DNA of 32,000 bases. It comes from Chroococcidiopsis sp. [FACHB-1243] (GTDB lineage Bacteria > Cyanobacteriota > Cyanobacteriia > Cyanobacteriales > Chroococcidiopsidaceae). Numbering within the stretch: position 1 is the stretch's first letter; every line of letters starts with the position of its first letter. The notes under the pieces are model-generated. The model worked only from the letters and a program-made list of their open reading frames with translations. It was not told the origin of the DNA and did no database searches. Below, piece after piece: positions 15,218 through 23,593 of the stretch. The DNA is taken from assembly GCF_014696895.1 (NCBI RefSeq), contig NZ_JACJQX010000013.1, positions 31,199-63,198 on the forward strand. Direction: 5' to 3'. A program made the position numbers and the translations under genes.

Positions 15218-16396
15218 TCAGCGATCGCCGATCGCTGATAACTGCTTTTGTCGCCGCAGGCTAGAGATTGTTGCCACAACATGTTCTGCTACGAGATCGA
15301 TCTCCTCTATCGTATTAAACCGCCCAATCCCGAAGCGAATTGAGGCATAAGCTAGCTGTTCCGAACGCCCCAAGGCGAGTAAAACGTGAGAGGGGGCTGT
15401 TTTGACAGAAGAACAAGCCGCGCCGGAAGACACCGCTACAACAGGCTGTAACCCCAAGTGTAGGGCAGTGCCGTCAACTTCTTCGACGCTAACATTCAAA
15501 TTACCAGGCAATCGCAGGCTGGGATGTCCGTTTAAATATATTCCGTCTAATTGGCTCAACTTTTGCCACAGCCGATCGCGTAGTTGCATTTGGCGCTTTG
15601 CCTCTGTCTCTCGTTCTGCCAAAGCGATCGCGACTGCTTGACCAAAACCAACAATCTGCGGCGTATACAAAGTCCCAGAACGCATTCCCCGTTCTTGTCC
15701 GCCGCCGTGTAGCTGTGGTGCTAGTTGGACTCTAGGATTGCGCCGTCGCACGTACAAAGCACCAATCCCTTTTGGTCCATGCACTTTGTGCGCCGTCAGC
15801 GACATTAAATCGATCTGCATCGCCTGCACGTCGAGGGGAATTTTGCCGATCGCCTGTGCAGCATCAGTATGAAATAAAACTTGGCGATCGCGACACATTT
15901 TCCCAATTTCCGCCAAGGGTTGCACAACGCCTATTTCGTTATTTGCTGCCATCACCGAGACTAAAATTGTATCGGGACGGAACGCTTGTTTTAGTTGCTC
16001 CAGATCGACTACCCCATCTGGTTGCACGGGTAAAAACGTCACCTCAAAACCGAGCGATCGCAAATATTCGCTAGGGTCGATAACAGCATTATGCTCTGTT
16101 GCTAGCGTAATAATGTGCCGTCCTTTCTGAAAATAAGCCTCAGCCACCCCTTTGATGGCTAAATTATTTGCTTCCGTCGCTCCACTCGTAAAGACAATTT
16201 CTTCTGGCGTAGCCGCGATCGCCTCTGCCAAGATTTCCCTTGCTTGTCTCACCGCCGCTTCTGCTTCCCAACCGTAAACGTGGCTGTTACTCGACGGATT
16301 ACCAAAATGCTCTCGAAAGTAGGGTAACATCGCCTGCAAAACTCTTTCATCTAGCGGCGTAGTCGAGTGGCAATCTAAGTAAATTGGGTGAGACAT
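15218..16396 (-). CDS. iscS: cysteine desulfurase (IscS/NifS group I)
   Basis: 392 aa. PLP-Lys motif SLTAHKVHGPKGIGALY, active-site loop SSGAACSS, and N-terminal IYLDCHSTTPLD. Confidence 0.9.
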   Translation of the reverse strand: MSHPIYLDCHSTTPLDERVLQAMLPYFREHFGNPSSNSHVYGWEAEAAVRQAREILAEAIAATPEEIVFTSGATEANNLAIKGVAEAYFQKGRHIITLATEHNAVIDPSEYLRSLGFEVTFLPVQPDGVVDLEQLKQAFRPDTILVSVMAANNEIGVVQPLAEIGKMCRDRQVLFHTDAAQAIGKIPLDVQAMQIDLMSLTAHKVHGPKGIGALYVRRRNPRVQLAPQLHGGGQERGMRSGTLYTPQIVGFGQAVAIALAERETEAKRQMQLRDRLWQKLSQLDGIYLNGHPSLRLPGNLNVSVEEVDGTALHLGLQPVVAVSSGAACSSVKTAPSHVLLALGRSEQLAYASIRFGIGRFNTIEEIDLVAEHVVATISSLRRQKQLSAIGDR

Positions 16397-16401
16397 AATA
16401 A

Positions 16402-16503
16402 CAGGGAGCAGGGAGCAGAGGAGGAGGGAGCAGAGGAGCAGTCATCAGTGAAGCGAGAGGCAGAATGTTAATTTCTGACTTCTGACTTCCGACTTCTGAC
16501 TTC
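16402..16503. repeat. STRR-type arrays (GGGAGCA heptamers; TTCTGAC heptamers)
   Basis: cagggagcagggagcagaggaggagggagcagaggagca and ttctgacttctgacttccgacttctgacttc read directly. Confidence 0.8.
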
Positions 16504-17776
16504 AATTATCGCTTTCAGTGACGCGCCAGCTAAGTTTGAGGTTGATCCAGAAGTTCCAGAAGGTGACGATCGCGATCGCGAGAAGATTGGCGATTTGATA
16601 GTGAACGTGCAAAGTGTTGTAGAGGACATTCAATAATAGGATATTCAATACCAAACCCATCAAGCAGACGATATTAAATTTCAATAACCGCTTGATCCGC
16701 TTGCGCCAACCGCGTTGCTGTCGGGACATATCGCTGAACGTCCAAGCATCGTTCCAGAAAAAGTTATTGATAATAGCAGCTTCTGCGGCGATCGCTTTAC
16801 TCCGCGTCAAACCCCATCCCAAGCCACTCGGATCGTGGAGGAGATATAAAACTGCCATATCGACAAATACCCCGCTAAAACCAACCGCACCGAACCGGAT
16901 AAATCTGCCAATCGGGAAATTAATTTTTTGCCGGATTCTGCCGATCCGTCCTCGCGAAACTCGTAGTCCGATCAAGTGCTTGATGTAGTCTACATACTGC
17001 TTCCACGTAACTTTGCTTTCGCCTTCGCGCCGTTCTTGGAAAACGTAACCAACTTCGGCAATTTCTTTAATGTCTCCCCGTCCTAAAACTTCAATCAAAA
17101 TTTTGTAGCCTACAGGACTGAGAGCTGCTCCGGCGATCGCTTGTCGCTGTACCATAAAATAACCGCTCATGGGATCAGACACGCGCCCCACGACTTGCGG
17201 TAAAATTATCAAGCCTAATAGTTGTGCGCCTCTTGACAAAAAGCGACGTACCGCACTCCAGCTACTCACTCCCCCACCTTCAATGTGGCGACTAGCTACA
17301 GCTAAATCTGCACCATCGTTCATTGCAGCTAAGAGTTTCAATAAAACTTGCGGTGGGTGTTGTAGGTCGCCATCAATCACACCTAAAATCTCTCCATTGG
17401 CTGCTTGCCAACCGCGCACCACAGCTGTCGAAAGTCCCTTTTCTGTAGTCCGTCGCATCACCCGCAATTGGGGGTATTCTATCATTAAGCGCTGAGCAAT
17501 TTCCCACGTCCGATCCGGGCTATCATCGTCAACGACGATTAATTCATAATCTTCTGGCAGAATTGGATCGAGCAGATTGCTGAGAATATTGACAATCGCA
17601 CGAATATTTTTTCCTTCGTTATATGTTGGTATTATCAGAGAAAAGCGTACCGAATAGCTTTTTTGTCCTCTATTTGTCTGAAAGTCTCTATCTGAGGTAA
17701 CGGCTGGCGCAGTTTCAGGTATGAGTAGAGAACCTGTAGGAACTGGTAATAGGAAGCTTTGTTGTCCGAGTGCCAT
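16502..17776 (-). CDS. GT2 polyprenyl-phosphate glycosyltransferase (Dpm1-like) fused to a C-terminal GtrA-like membrane domain
   Basis: 424 aa. FSLIIPTYNEGKNI, VVDDDSPDRT and DGDLQHPP (DxD-type GT-A motifs), followed by four hydrophobic segments (FIRFGAVGFSGVFVDMAVLYLL...) typical of GtrA. Confidence 0.85.
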   Translation of the reverse strand: MALGQQSFLLPVPTGSLLIPETAPAVTSDRDFQTNRGQKSYSVRFSLIIPTYNEGKNIRAIVNILSNLLDPILPEDYELIVVDDDSPDRTWEIAQRLMIEYPQLRVMRRTTEKGLSTAVVRGWQAANGEILGVIDGDLQHPPQVLLKLLAAMNDGADLAVASRHIEGGGVSSWSAVRRFLSRGAQLLGLIILPQVVGRVSDPMSGYFMVQRQAIAGAALSPVGYKILIEVLGRGDIKEIAEVGYVFQERREGESKVTWKQYVDYIKHLIGLRVSRGRIGRIRQKINFPIGRFIRFGAVGFSGVFVDMAVLYLLHDPSGLGWGLTRSKAIAAEAAIINNFFWNDAWTFSDMSRQQRGWRKRIKRLLKFNIVCLMGLVLNILLLNVLYNTLHVHYQIANLLAIAIVTFWNFWINLKLSWRVTESDN

Positions 17777-17938
17777 AAATCTTTTTGCGTGTATTTTATT
17801 ACTTTGTTCCGATAAAACCTAGACAATCTTTGTCAGCGCCGCGATGCTATTTCTCTGCTTCTTCCTGGGTGAATTATATCTAATCGCGATTCAGAAGTTT
17901 TTCTCGTTACTCTTGCTGCAAAGCTAAATGTTGTGTCC

Positions 17939-19171
17939 TCAAGCACCTAATAGTTTTTGATAGACATCAACGAGTTGTCCGTTAAGTCGATGGATATTGT
18001 AGTATTGTTCCACACAGGCTCGACCTGCTACGCCCATTTCTTGCCAAACTTCGGGATTTTCTAGCAGATAACTCAATTTTTCAGCTAAAGCATCCGCATC
18101 TCGCTCTGGGACTAAAAATCCCGACCTACCATGTTCGACGAGTTCGGGAATGCCGCTATGCATGGTACTCAAAATTGGCATTCCGCAAGCCATTGCTTCC
18201 ATTAAAGAGACTGGAATACCTTCTCGATCGCCATTTCTACTTGTAACGCTGGGAGCCATATAAATGTGAGCTTGAGCAAGAAGTTCGGTAATTTCTTGCT
18301 GTTGTTTCCAACCTAGTATCTTCACCTTATCGGTTACTTTAAGTTCTTGAATTAGCCTCTGTAACTCGTCTTTTAAACAGCCGTCTCCTACTATTTGATA
18401 TTCTATTTGGGGAAAATCTTTTGCTAGTTTTGCTACAGCACGAATTCCATATTCCACGCCTTTTTTTTCGACCAGACGCGCAATAGTAATTACCCGCACT
18501 GTGCGATCGCTGTATTGACGTACTTTAAAAGTAAATTGATCGCAATCAATTCCCATATGGTGAACGACAATTTTCTTTTCGTCGCCACCTAACTCCATGA
18601 GTTTTTGCTGCCAAAGTTTGCTAATTGGCATTAATAAATCTGCGGTCGATAGCAAGCGATCGTAAACGCGATCGCCGACTTGTTGAAGATAAAAAGTAAT
18701 ATCAAATCCGTGAAATACGGTAATCAATCGCCCTTGAACTGCTCCAATTTCTTTTAATACAGCTGCTTTAACACCATTCATCCCAAAATGACAGTGAATG
18801 ATATCATAAGATCTACTACGTTTTAGCCAAGGAGTTAATTCATAAATTAGCGTAAGTCGGCTAACTTTTCTGACAGATTCAGAATAGAGTAATCGCGCGA
18901 TCGCCTGAGGTGCTTTGTGAAAATTAGTTGCGATTAAACCCAATCCTTTCAGCCATTGTTGCCAGCGATTATTGGGCATTTTAGCAGCATAAAAAGTTCG
19001 CGATCGCAAGCCATACTTTTCGACATCTGGATGCACTTTTGAATCTTGCGATCGCGGTTGAACGGCATAAATATCTACCTCATGTCCTAGATCGATTAAA
19101 CCTGAAATTTGATTCAGGATAAAGGTTTCAGACAAAGCTGGAAATTCCTGCACGACAAAGGCTATTTTCAT
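17939..19171 (-). CDS. glycosyltransferase family 4 (WcaL-like)
   Basis: 410 aa. MKIAFVVQEFPALSETFILNQI..., and C-terminal EGIPVSLMEAMACGMPILSTMHSGIPELVE. Confidence 0.85.
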   Translation of the reverse strand: MKIAFVVQEFPALSETFILNQISGLIDLGHEVDIYAVQPRSQDSKVHPDVEKYGLRSRTFYAAKMPNNRWQQWLKGLGLIATNFHKAPQAIARLLYSESVRKVSRLTLIYELTPWLKRSRSYDIIHCHFGMNGVKAAVLKEIGAVQGRLITVFHGFDITFYLQQVGDRVYDRLLSTADLLMPISKLWQQKLMELGGDEKKIVVHHMGIDCDQFTFKVRQYSDRTVRVITIARLVEKKGVEYGIRAVAKLAKDFPQIEYQIVGDGCLKDELQRLIQELKVTDKVKILGWKQQQEITELLAQAHIYMAPSVTSRNGDREGIPVSLMEAMACGMPILSTMHSGIPELVEHGRSGFLVPERDADALAEKLSYLLENPEVWQEMGVAGRACVEQYYNIHRLNGQLVDVYQKLLGA

Positions 19172-19200
19172 CTAAAACCAAGTAGAAACAACTCTATTAT

Positions 19201-20004
19201 CTAAGAGCGATCGCCCTCAACTAACTTTTGGACTCGTTGGAGCTTCCACCATCTTGTCACCCGAACAATTCCAGGTAGATTTGTTAGAGTAACTAAGCCA
19301 CGATAAGACAAATTTTGGCGCAGAGAACTGAACCCTTTAATTGGTAAATAATCCTGTTGGGCGATCGTGCCAATTTCTACCGCGCCCCGTTCGACAACCG
19401 CGTGGATATAATCGTTTGTATTCCATACAGAAATTGTACTCCAATAGGTCAGCGTTCCTTGAACTGCTTTTCCTACTTCGATCAAATCTTCTAGGGTGAC
19501 AACTTCATCCACGACTTGCAAACCTTCACCCGATGCGTAGAGTGCTGCTTGCTTTCCTGGACTAGGAATCGTAAACAAAATTTTGCCTTGAGGACTCAGT
19601 AAAGCGTTGAATTTACGATGTAAATCTCCCCTTGCTGCTAGAGGAATATGTTCGTAAACATCAGGTAAAACAATCGCATCCCAGTTTCCTTCAATTGCTT
19701 CCGTCACCACGTTAACTTGGCGATATTCAATGCGAGGATGACTAAATAAACTCCGAGCCAAACGGAGATTTTCCGAACTAATATCTACTGCTAAAATCTG
19801 AGCTTTTTTTGCTATCCATTTAGCAATAAAATGAGTCCCTTGTCCCGAACCACAACCAATAACTAATATTCTTGCCGTATCTGGATGAATTGCCTTAGTA
19901 AAAAACTCTAGCTGGCGATCGATCCGTTCGTTACCGTAAACGTAGTCCCGAATAAAAGTTGGAGAAAAGTTGTTGTAGAAAGTTTCAACTGGACTAACCA
20001 CCAT
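19201..20004 (-). CDS. class I SAM-dependent methyltransferase
   Basis: SAM-binding motif ILVIGCGSGQGT. I place the start at ATG 20004 (MVVSPVETFYNN...), which has GGAG 13 nt upstream. The 99 extra N-terminal codons in the ORF track overlap the upstream gene out of frame. Confidence 0.75.
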   Translation of the reverse strand: MVVSPVETFYNNFSPTFIRDYVYGNERIDRQLEFFTKAIHPDTARILVIGCGSGQGTHFIAKWIAKKAQILAVDISSENLRLARSLFSHPRIEYRQVNVVTEAIEGNWDAIVLPDVYEHIPLAARGDLHRKFNALLSPQGKILFTIPSPGKQAALYASGEGLQVVDEVVTLEDLIEVGKAVQGTLTYWSTISVWNTNDYIHAVVERGAVEIGTIAQQDYLPIKGFSSLRQNLSYRGLVTLTNLPGIVRVTRWWKLQRVQKLVEGDRS

Positions 20005-20062
20005 AAAATTAAATTTCTCCTTTTTTGCTGAAATGATACAGTAAAATTCTGCGATGGAAAAG

Positions 20063-20806
20063 CTACAAGTGGGAGAAAACCTTCTCCTCTCCTCTAGATT
20101 TTTTAGCAAGGATAATATACACTGCTGCATCGTTAGATAACTGTTCGGGATGGCGCGATTCCATCCAAGCGATCGCCCGTTGAAGCAACCAGATGTAGAA
20201 TTTGCGCAAACGACCTGGTATTTTCTCTTCCGTAGCATCTTGCCAAAGTTGCAATCCAGCAGATGCCATCCCAAACACACTTTGCACCGATACGATCTCA
20301 AACCCAGCTTGAACGATCTCCCGTTGCAAACCAGCAGCTGTCCAGCGCCAGTAATCGCAAGGATCGGGGTGATATCGCCAAATTCCGTGAGTCGAAAGCA
20401 CCAAAGCGCTACCTGGCTTGAGAACTCGATAAGCTTCCTTCAAATAGACTTGAGGCTGTTCTACATGTTCCAAAACCTGAGAAGAGAGGACGCAATCAAT
20501 ACTTGCATCGGCAATTGGTAGCTGTCCTTGGCAACCAACCGCAATTTCAGCGCGATCGTTACCTGGAAAGTCAGCTCCAATATAGAGGTCGAATTTTTGT
20601 TTAAATAAAGATTCGTAAGGCTTGTTACCACAACCGTAATCGAGTACCTTTTCTCCCGGTACGAGCAACTCAGATTCAACCAAGTGCTGTAACTTTTCTA
20701 GCAGCAATTTGAGAATTGCATAGCGGGAGTGAAAGCGGTTGGGACGCACGCGATCGCCCCGTTCTTGAACTTGGTAAGTATACCGAGAAGGTGTCGCTAC
20801 TTTCAT
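20063..20806 (-). CDS. class I SAM-dependent methyltransferase (Methyltransf_11/23-like)
   Basis: 247 aa with motif VLDYGCGNKPY. The ATG overlaps the flippase stop in an ATGA arrangement. Confidence 0.8.
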   Translation of the reverse strand: MKVATPSRYTYQVQERGDRVRPNRFHSRYAILKLLLEKLQHLVESELLVPGEKVLDYGCGNKPYESLFKQKFDLYIGADFPGNDRAEIAVGCQGQLPIADASIDCVLSSQVLEHVEQPQVYLKEAYRVLKPGSALVLSTHGIWRYHPDPCDYWRWTAAGLQREIVQAGFEIVSVQSVFGMASAGLQLWQDATEEKIPGRLRKFYIWLLQRAIAWMESRHPEQLSNDAAVYIILAKKSRGEEKVFSHL

Positions 20807-22332
20807 CGTCGTTGTTTAAATTCTCGCAGGAAGGACAGATAAAAAGATTTCTTGCCAAACACATAAAACACGATCGCCACGTACAATACTGCCATCACTA
20901 ACGTGCAAGCGATCGCGATGCCCCACACTGGTAAAATCGGATCGAGTGCAAATTTAACTCCTATTGTGGCAATCCCCGCGATCAGAGCAGCAACAAGCGA
21001 TTGGGCGATCGCCGAGAACAAATCGCTCGTCGTAATTGCTAGACCGCGAGTTGCATAATACATGCAAGGATAGACTTGTAAAAGCATGGCTACGGCATAG
21101 CATAAAGCAACTCCCCGCGCTCCATAAGGCAGACCGATAAAGAACGATACCACTGTCAAACTAGAAGCAAACACACCCCATTTCAACATGCGGTCTGTTT
21201 TGCCTGTGGCAATGTACAACCATCCAGCCGTATTGCAAAGCGGTTGAAATATGGCGGCGACACCGAGAAACCGAAACAGAAAACTAGCTTCTCGCCATTG
21301 AGAACCGAGGATCAGCGTCACGACTTCTTCAGAGATCGCGATCGACAAAATAACTAAAGGTAACGTGAGAAACGTAACCAGCGAGACTGCTTTAAGGTAG
21401 TAGTTGCGAAATTGCTGCGGGTCTGCCTGTAATCGACTCAAGCTAGGAATCGCGACCGCAGTAATCGGCGCGTTAATTTGTTGCAATGGTAAGAGCAACA
21501 AGCCATAAGCTTTGGCGTACAGCCCTAATTGTCCTGCACCCCAATACCGACCGATTAAGATGTTATCTAGGTTGCGGGCGAAGTAATTAATTACGTTGAA
21601 GCCCGTGAGATGGCTGCCAAAACTCAATAATTCGCGAATATTAGCGTGTCGTTGTGGCAAACTAGGTCGCCAGCTACACAGCAACCACGCACCTCCCATT
21701 TGACCGATCGCGATCGCAATTTGCATCACTACCAATGCCCAATATCCAGCTCCATACCAGGCTAAAACTAAAGCGCTGACGACTCCAAAACCCATAGCAA
21801 CAATATCAATTGCTGCCAAAGCCGTAAACCGCATCTGGCGGTTGAGCAAAGCTTGATGCTGGACTGTTAAGCCTCCGAACAAAAAACCAATTGCCGAAAC
21901 GACGGTAATTAAGGTTAAACGGGGTTCGTTGTAAAATACGGCGACCACGGGAGCGATCGCGCAAGTTACGAGAGTGAGTAACAGGCTAACGACAATATTT
22001 ACCCAAAACAGGTTGCTAATCTGGCGGTGGTTAATTTCTGCCTTTTGGATGGTTGCCATCGACAACCCCATATCTTTAAATAAGGCGACAAAACCCGTTA
22101 CGGCAGTCACCATTCCGACTAAACCGTAATCCTGCGGCGCTAGCAGGCGGGCTAAAATGACTGTGGAACCCATTTGCAAGGTAAACTTGCAAGCTTGTGC
22201 TACCAGCGTCACTGCTCCGCCGCGTATAGAACGCTTTTTGAGATCGGCATTGAGATGATCGGTACGAAAGTGTCTGTCGCGATCGCTCTGTTCGGAGCTG
22301 GTTTTTAAAGACTCTGGCAAAGGCTCTGGCAA
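20803..22332 (-). CDS. polysaccharide flippase (Wzx / MOP-superfamily PST family)
   Basis: 509 aa with about 12-14 hydrophobic segments and N-terminal LKKRSIRGGAVTLVAQACKF typical of Wzx-type exporters. The start is non-ATG (TTG at 22332) and uncertain by a few codons. Confidence 0.82.
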   Translation of the reverse strand: MPEPLPESLKTSSEQSDRDRHFRTDHLNADLKKRSIRGGAVTLVAQACKFTLQMGSTVILARLLAPQDYGLVGMVTAVTGFVALFKDMGLSMATIQKAEINHRQISNLFWVNIVVSLLLTLVTCAIAPVVAVFYNEPRLTLITVVSAIGFLFGGLTVQHQALLNRQMRFTALAAIDIVAMGFGVVSALVLAWYGAGYWALVVMQIAIAIGQMGGAWLLCSWRPSLPQRHANIRELLSFGSHLTGFNVINYFARNLDNILIGRYWGAGQLGLYAKAYGLLLLPLQQINAPITAVAIPSLSRLQADPQQFRNYYLKAVSLVTFLTLPLVILSIAISEEVVTLILGSQWREASFLFRFLGVAAIFQPLCNTAGWLYIATGKTDRMLKWGVFASSLTVVSFFIGLPYGARGVALCYAVAMLLQVYPCMYYATRGLAITTSDLFSAIAQSLVAALIAGIATIGVKFALDPILPVWGIAIACTLVMAVLYVAIVFYVFGKKSFYLSFLREFKQRR

Positions 22333-22407
22333 GGCTGCACCTGGATAAATTAACGGGATCGATCTGGCGATCGTGGCATTAGTGACTCTGACTTCTGAGC
22401 ATCATAA

Positions 22408-22617
22408 TCAAAAGTTTGAATTCGGGCAATTATATCCTAGAGTTGTCTTTTCAGCAATAATTCCCTGACGAATAACTGCGATCGCGCTATTTTGATTTTT
22501 TCCATCTCGCACGATAACGTGTTTTTTTGCACCAGGTAAACTTACGCCGAACTCTGTACTTACTCTAAATCTTCCGTAGGTTTGGAATCGTTTTCTGTCA
22601 CACCAGCAGCAATACAT
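22408..22617 (-). CDS. hypothetical small protein (69 aa, Cys-rich N-terminus MYCCWCDRK)
   Basis: ATG-initiated ORF with an in-frame HIP1 (SAIAV), abutting a repeat element. No family recognised, and it may be spurious. Confidence 0.25.
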   Translation of the reverse strand: MYCCWCDRKRFQTYGRFRVSTEFGVSLPGAKKHVIVRDGKNQNSAIAVIRQGIIAEKTTLGYNCPNSNF

Positions 22618-22643
22618 TTTAGTTCAAAGCATCGAGCCTCGGA

Positions 22644-22712
22644 GATCCCCCCAACCCGCCTTAACAAAGGGGGCTATGATTCCCCCCTTAAAAAGGGGGG
22701 CTAGGGGGGATC
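22644..22712. repeat. G5/C5 hairpin-module doublet (REPIN/MITE-like) with 9-bp terminal inverted repeats GATCCCCCC...GGGGGGATC
   Basis: gatccccccaacccgccttaacaaagggggctatgattccccccttaaaaaggggggctaggggggatc. The two halves are inverted copies, each with a CCCCC-TTAAAAA-GGGGG hairpin. Confidence 0.75.
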
Positions 22713-22788
22713 GTCTTATCTAAACTGTATTGACACCAGCACGACTAGCGAATTAAGCCTAGTCACAAAACTACTCCGAAAGTTATAT

Positions 22789-22809
22789 TTGTGCGAGCAA
22801 GACGCACAA
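22789..22809. promoter_or_regulatory. inverted repeat TTGTGCG-N7-CGCACAA upstream of the MarR gene (candidate operator)
   Basis: Perfect 7-bp arms, overlapping a -10-like TATATT (22784-22789). MarR proteins typically bind palindromes in their own promoters. Confidence 0.35.
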
Positions 22810-22890
22810 TCTACAAAATAAATGCAACAATCCATACTCTGCTATACGAAATTACCCGCTTGCTTTGTGGTTACATTTTTAGAGACAGTT

Positions 22891-23424
22891 ATGACAGATT
22901 GTCAAACTCAAAAGAATTTAGCTAAAATAATATTACGTATGCGAAATATGCCCGAAATGCCTCCTACTTCTACCGAACGAAAAATTGCCGAGCCATTGCG
23001 AGAAATTTTAGCGCCGTATAGCGTTGGCTACCGGATTAAGCTGTTAGGTCAGTTGGGGAGCCGCAGATTTCAAGAACGCCTCGAACCCTTCGGTCTGACA
23101 CCCTTTCACTGGGTCGTGTTGTGCTGTTTGTGGGAGGAAGATGGCTTAGCCACTTGTAGCATTGGGGAAAAATTGCAGCAGGTAGGAGGGACTTTAACGG
23201 GAGTCCTCGATCGCATGGAAGAACGAGGACTGATCCGCAGAGAACGCGACCCCCGCGATCGCCGCATTTGGCGGATCTGGCTGACGGGTGCTGGTCGAGA
23301 ACTAGAAAATATACTACCTCCAATCGCTTTAGATCTGAGGGAGCAAGCCATGCAAGGCTTTTCTCTGGAAGAACGCCAACTATTTTCCAGGTTAATTGAC
23401 CAAGCGATCGCCAATCTTTCCTAA
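22891..23424 (+). CDS. MarR family transcriptional regulator
   Basis: Winged-HTH region LTPFHWVVLCCLWEEDGLATCSIGEKLQQVGGTLTGVLDRMEERGLIRRERDPRDRRIWRIWLTGAG. The start is ambiguous, with in-frame ATGs at 22822, 22891, 22939, 22948 and 22957. Confidence 0.8.
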   Translation: MTDCQTQKNLAKIILRMRNMPEMPPTSTERKIAEPLREILAPYSVGYRIKLLGQLGSRRFQERLEPFGLTPFHWVVLCCLWEEDGLATCSIGEKLQQVGGTLTGVLDRMEERGLIRRERDPRDRRIWRIWLTGAGRELENILPPIALDLREQAMQGFSLEERQLFSRLIDQAIANLS

Positions 23425-23477
23425 AAACTCACAACTCCACTGTTACTCGTACACAGCGATCGCCGGAAGCAGAGAAA

Positions 23478-23506
23478 TTGTTAGTAGCAATATACTCTCA
23501 TAATAT
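23478..23506 (+). promoter_or_regulatory. putative sigma70-type promoter for the MFS gene (TTGTTA-N17-TAATAT)
   Basis: Hexamers at 23478-23483 and 23501-23506 in the spacer between the MarR and MFS genes. This is a pattern match only. Confidence 0.3.
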
Positions 23507-23593
23507 GTTTCAACAATGGTTCTCTGGATGGTGTTCCGAAGCAACAAAGTATTTATTTAATAAAGTAAGTGCTTTCCTGAATCTAGATGAAAA

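Noticed and set aside
15402-17495. Plus-strand ORFs 15402-15641, 15772-16074, 16692-16988 and 17169-17495
   Set aside because: All are antisense to strongly supported minus-strand genes (iscS, GT2-GtrA). Their Arg/Ser/Pro-rich composition is typical of shadow frames.
20005-20301. 99-codon N-terminal extension of the methyltransferase ORF 19201-20301
   Set aside because: It overlaps the upstream methyltransferase gene out of frame by 239 nt and is Cys/Arg-rich nonsense. The ATG at 20004 has a GGAG upstream and starts a normal methyltransferase N-terminus.
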